Below, piece after piece: positions 59,064 to 64,000 of a stretch of DNA of 64,000 nucleotides. The position numbers and the translations under genes are program-made. A model generated the notes under the pieces. The model was not told the origin of the DNA, did no database searches, and saw only the letters and a list, made by a program, of their open reading frames with translations. Position 1 is the stretch's first letter. The number at the start of each line of letters is the position of its first letter. The DNA comes from Basidiobolus meristosporus CBS 931.73 (taxonomy: Eukaryota; Fungi; Basidiobolomycota), in assembly GCA_002104905.1 (NCBI GenBank), contig MCFE01000361.1, positions 1 to 64,000 of the forward strand. Direction: 5' to 3'.

Positions 59064-62000
59064 AGACTTGTTCCATTGTGCCATTGATCATAGTGCCAGA
59101 AAGTGCTGTATATTTTATTATTAATTTGATATTTTAGGGTCAGAAGTATGTCAATTTTGATCCCAAATTGGCACTGTATGGCACCATCTGGCACTCTGTG
59201 ACATGATCAGGCACCATCTGGCATGCTAAGGCACTGTTGGGCAGTATGATCAGCTGGAATGATGGCTCAAGTCCATTATCTCCCTCCCACACTGTGATAG
59301 GCTTCTGTGTGGGCTTTATATTTGGGCACTGTTGTTGTGCTTCAAAGACTGTACAGTGTTCCTCTGCTGTTACATTGAGAAATGGCTCAATTCTTGGCTC
59401 TGACATTGAGCTACTTGAGGTCCTTCTTTATAGCAAAGATACTGCTTTCTCTACCTGGGATATTGATTGCTCTACATCTATTTGTTACAAGTCTTAGTAT
59501 GAGAGTTGTAGAGGAATAGGGAGTTTAGCTAGTATTGTATTCACTAAAACTTGAACTGTTTTTTATTGAGGTTAAATACTTGCTAATATGGGTGGTGGTG
59601 ATGTTATCATGGCCACTTGCTGATCTGCAACTGAGGGTACTGCGTTTGCTACATTCTCATCTGCCTGAGCATGATGGTCAGCTTGTGGCTCCACAGAGGT
59701 TCTCAGTTGCCTACTTGACTAAGAGCCTGAGGAGTTTGCATTATTACCTTCAATGGGCACACTGTCCACAGGGCCTTTTTTGGATGTAGCCCTGCTTGTT
59801 GCACTGAGTGTCAAAGCAAGCTGTTGTCCAACTTTTCTTCTGTTGCTGTCAGCAGTGGGGTTTGGTTGAGTACCAGACTACTGTACTTTATTTTTTGGTG
59901 GCATTTATATGGAAGTGAGTCAAACCAATGGGGAAATAGTGTTAAATATACGCGTGCATGTGGTGCCACAACTTTACTTATAATGCTTACCTTGGTGTGT
60001 CATCATTGAATCTTACATTCATGTAGGTGCAATGTTTCAAATACAAGATTGTCTTAAGTTCACATGGGTATTGATCAAAAAGTGATATAATAGCATTACA
60101 TTGTTGAAGGTTAAGCTGCTTGCCCCATGAACAAGACTACTTTGACCCAATGACTTAAGAGAAGAGAAAAAAGACCATGTGGCTATTGTAACAAGCCTCT
60201 TAGCCATGAAGCATGCAGACAGCATAGGAAGTATCACAAGGATCACAGCCAGTGTTTTCCCACACAAGTAATATTTGACCATTCATTGGTCACTACAGTA
60301 CCAACATTATCTTGCAGCCAGTTGATACTTCTATAATGGCACCTGGCTGTCTTTGTGACCTTGCACAAACTGAGTCAGGTGAGTTTGTGACACCTTTAGG
60401 CTCACCTCAGCCTTCTGAATATGGAATTCAGAGTGCTAGCTCTGACAAAGAAGGTTCACTGATGGATTTTGAGCCTATTGCCCCTAACAATGGTACCATG
60501 TATGAGCCCGGTCAAATCCCTATATGCAATGAGAAAACACCCATTGAAACCAATGCCAAGGATACTTTATGGAGCAAAGTGAGCCCAGTAATCCATTTAT
60601 GGGTGAATGATGTAATGTTGGGGCTATAAAAGTGGCATGTTTCCACTAATATCAGTAATGCAGGCATTGAGGATATATTACTATTTCTTGCCAAAATCAT
60701 ATTAGGATGCAACTTACCATGTATATGGTACAAGTGGATTATTAGTGTTAATTGCATCATCAGGAGACTGGCCAATGGTTTCTATGGCTTTGATTTCAAT
60801 GGCTCTCTGATCTGAGTACTCCTCATTAACCATGTCCTTGCACTTCATCAGCTTCTGGGTTTTGCCATCATACACTGTATACCCTTTGGTATCCTCACAA
60901 TCCTCAAAAAAAATCCCTCTTCTACTCTTTGATTCCAACTTTGAGCTGTTTTTGTCAGGGATTTGATAAGAGACACTACTACCAGAGATCCTGAGGTACT
61001 GGAAGCCTAATTTTTCTGCATGTATATGCTTCAAACAGTGTAAATAACATAGAACTACAGTTGGGCATCTATTCTTGATATATGGTGGTAGCAACAGATT
61101 CAGACCATAAAATGAAGTCCATTCCGTTATCCTGAAGAATAGATCTTGCCTTCTCTACTATTACTCTATTTGCACATTCTGCTACTTCAATTTGCTGTTG
61201 AGTCTGTCAAACAGTGGTCTGCTGAAATATGCCAGTAGATGAGCAGTATTTTGCAAACTTTCTTGAGAGGTATTCTCCTCCATTCTCAATATTTGATATC
61301 TTCAATTTACACACAGTGAGTGCTTCTGCCATATTGCTGAAGTGCTAAACATTTTAAAGATTCATCCTTTGTTTTCAGGAAGTACACCCATGTAAATTTT
61401 GTCTTGTAATTGATAAACTTAATAAAATATCCCTTAGCTCAAAGAGCAGTATTCTTATGGACCCACATATATCTGTGTGCATAATAGCCTACATTTTGGT
61501 AGTGTTAATGCCTCCTGAGCTCCTGAAGTGCTGCCTAGCCTGTTTGCCATATAAATATCCCTTACAAACACTCAATTTAATTGGAATTGCATAACTGAGG
61601 CCCAAAACAAGCTGATATTGCACCAATTTGCTCATTCTCTGTTTCCTAATGTGTCCTAGCCTCCAATGCAGTCTTCCCAGTTGGTCTCATCAGTTTCAAC
61701 AAAGTTGACATACTTGGGAGCAATGAATCTATATAGTGACTGGTATATATTGTGATCTCTGATTCTCAAAGCTGATTTTTGTTTGTTTTCACTCAAAAAT
61801 GCGCAGCTTGGCCTAGTAAAGACAACTTTAGTCCCTGAGTAGTTGCTTTACTACCTGAGAGTAGTTTCTTAGCTATTTCAGGGACATAGAGTCTGTTAGC
61901 TAGTTCTGCTGTTGTTGCCCCTGTGATATCACTCATTTTTAGCTGTTTAGATGCACTGGTGGGGGCACAAGTGCAGAGTTATCTCCCAAATAGCCATTTC

Positions 62001-63130
62001 TTACAAGAATAGTCTAAGTTTCTAATCCACTCCCTTATGACAATAGGGGAATAATCATAGGACCTCAGATCTGAAGAAAGTGGCAAGATCTGGGTTGTAA
62101 GTTAGTCCTACAGTGACCAGGGCTAGTACAGAATTGCTAAGTAAGTTTTTGGTTGCTCAATGATATCAAATTGTCCAATATTTCAACAGATCTCTGGTTA
62201 AGCTTCTGTGATATTGCCGGAACTCTTGCCCTAAAGGTACCATCCCACCATCTATAGCAACAGATGTCCTAGAAGATCTCATTCTGAGCTGATAGCAACA
62301 GAGAACCACCTTGCAGAGGGTATGTATGACTTACAACAAGCTTGGGCTAATAGGTTCAGAAGCTTCAATAGGCTTCAATACCTCAGGATGTTCAGCAATA
62401 GATTCCATGCTCTAAGTATTTTGGATACCTTCCCATCAATAATTCAAAGACCTTCCAGAGTGCACAGACACTTTTATGTTGGTAAATACAAGGCATGTTT
62501 TGTGTAGTTTCAAGCACTTTCTGACATTGAGGGTAACATCATTTGGCTTAGTGAGCCATTTGCTATGAGTAGGCATGCTAAAGCATTTTGGGTTGCACAT
62601 CATCCAGGATTAAGTAGAGGGAAGAAATATATAGCAAATTTAGATTATATCAGTGAGGAATGTCAGTGATTAGGGTGTAATGCAGCTAATGGGATGCCTA
62701 GGGGTGGGGTGCATAGCAGGAAGCAGAAGCTATACAATGCAATTCTTAAACATTGCAAAATGAGAATAGAGCATACATTTGGATATCCAACAAAACACAG
62801 CATATTGGCAGATAAATACAGAAGATGTTGTGTATAAGAGAAAGCAGCAGAACAGGTCAAATTGTCAGAATACTGGTTAAGGTGCAATATATTTGTACAA
62901 GAAGTCATCCATTGAGATAAATATGCTTGGGGCACTATGAAGAGTAAACAAAGCAAGAAAAGCACCATTCTGAGCAGTATAAGTAAGATTGCATGAGATC
63001 ACATGTAAGTGTATCAAATTGATGGCATCAAGGTGGATATTATAGTTCCCAATAGTACTGAAGAGTGTCAGATCAATGCAGCATTATAAACTGACTGGTA
63101 CTGTGAGAGACTATCCAACCGTATGAGTCT
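59064..63130. mobile_element. Second, older PHIS/Pangu-like element in inverted orientation
   Basis: Left end AGACTTGTTCCATTGTGCC matches the 56851 end, and 62960-63130 is the reverse complement homolog of 52697-52870. A transposase relic lies at ~62200-62830 on + (HLAEGMYDLQQAW; LDTFPSIIQRP; RIEHTFG) and an ORF2-like low-complexity relic at ~59550-59900 on -. Confidence 0.7.
60300..62100 (-). mobile_element. Ty1/copia pol relic of a second family (GAG-pre-integrase, integrase)
   Basis: HWRLGHIRKQ, MHTDICGS, SKLESKSRRGIFF..KGYTVYDGKTQKL. Heavily degenerate; boundaries are approximate. Confidence 0.65.
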
Positions 63131-64000
63131 TTTTACATGGTTTTGGCATTGCACACATGTAGAATAGGTTTAGCAAGGTTCCAACTGTATGGACAAATTT
63201 GAAATAATCATGCTCTAAGTACCTTATGTTTTGGTGAAAGTACTCTAAGTAAATCCAAACAAGGTATTTAGCAGTGTTGACAAAGTAATTCAACAAAACA
63301 TCACGTGCCCAGAATGTGAAAATTTTTAGGATATCCAAGCAGTCTCAAACTTAGCACACATGAGCTTTAATCCTTCCTGCACATATTCTACATATTTGCA
63401 ATGCCAAACATTGTAAAACTATAACACAACTGCTACATTGCATGAATCATCAAGTTAAAACCACAAAATATACTTGTTCTCCCAATCATTGCCAATATCT
63501 CCAAAACTCTGACAACAGCTTATGTGCCCCAAACTGTCACTCTCTGTAGTGACTATGGCTATTACCAAAATTTCTCCCTTTAATTAAAGATGGATTGGCC
63601 TGACTACCAAGTGAAGAAGGTGAAGATGAAGATACTAATGCCAGAAAGAGGCCAAAGGGATATCATCCTGAGGAGATAACTACCACCTAATGCTGTGGGA
63701 AAGGAGGCTTTCAAGTCCCAGAAGAAAGATCAAAGCTCCCTTAACTGCATTTGCCTTGACTTCAAGGTCATATTACTAATTCTTTACTTAATGGCAATAA
63801 TAGCCAAGAATGCCTTGTACTAGCAGTCTTTTTATACAAGTTGTAGAGTAATATAGAGCTTAGCTAGTATTGTATCAATAAAATTTGAAGTAAAGTAATT
63901 GATTTGACTAATAACTGATCTAACTTGGACATTTCAGCATCAGATCATAACAATAGAAGACATTAGAAGACACCAATCATTAGTGTGCAGCCAACAATAC
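63131..64000. mobile_element. LTR-A relics (minus, then plus) followed by a PBS and gag relic
   Basis: 63131-~63290 is LTR-A on the minus strand, and ~63300-63517 is LTR-A on the plus strand ending acaaca. PBS-like gcttatgtgcccc at 63518, then degenerate gag. Confidence 0.7.

Noticed and set aside
41533-64000. Classical ascomycete RIP (CpA to TpA)
   Set aside because: CA/TG dinucleotides are abundant and the paired mismatches point to CpG as the target.
1-64000. tRNA, rRNA or snoRNA genes
   Set aside because: GTTCGA-like hits (for example 7681, 22839) lie in coding or unstructured context with no cloverleaf; none could be supported by eye.

Overview
Eukaryotic DNA with short GT-AG introns, most likely from an early-diverging (non-Dikarya) fungus. 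This is an inference from the gene set (TBCK, BORCS5, a DGCR6 domain, a half-size ABCA); no tRNA, rRNA or CRISPR array was seen. The window has two sharply separated halves. 1-41.5 kb is gene-dense and CpG-normal, with about 18 genes: S-formylglutathione hydrolase, a FAS1 membrane protein, ABCA, a Mid2-like sensor, a TBC protein, a tail-anchored coiled-coil protein, MAK11, a DPR-repeat/DGCR6 protein, an orphan 7TM receptor-like protein, GH81, an aftiphilin-like protein, END3, ROK1, TBCK, a Rossmann-fold protein, FAU1, an INTS5-like protein and BORCS5. 41.5-64 kb is an AT-rich, almost CpG-free nest of transposons: Ty1/copia elements primed by half-tRNAiMet, an RT-less chromovirus, a CACTA-like relic, and two PIF/Harbinger-superfamily (Pangu-like) two-ORF elements. 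One of the latter carries a 734-bp foldback hairpin inside its transposase. The most interesting signals are the DGCR6 domain joined to six DPR (candidate WDR82/Swd2-binding) motifs, reciprocal CpG erasure in duplicated TE sequences, and the Pangu-like element with its foldback derivative. Exon boundaries were read by eye and family calls come from recalled motifs, not database searches.
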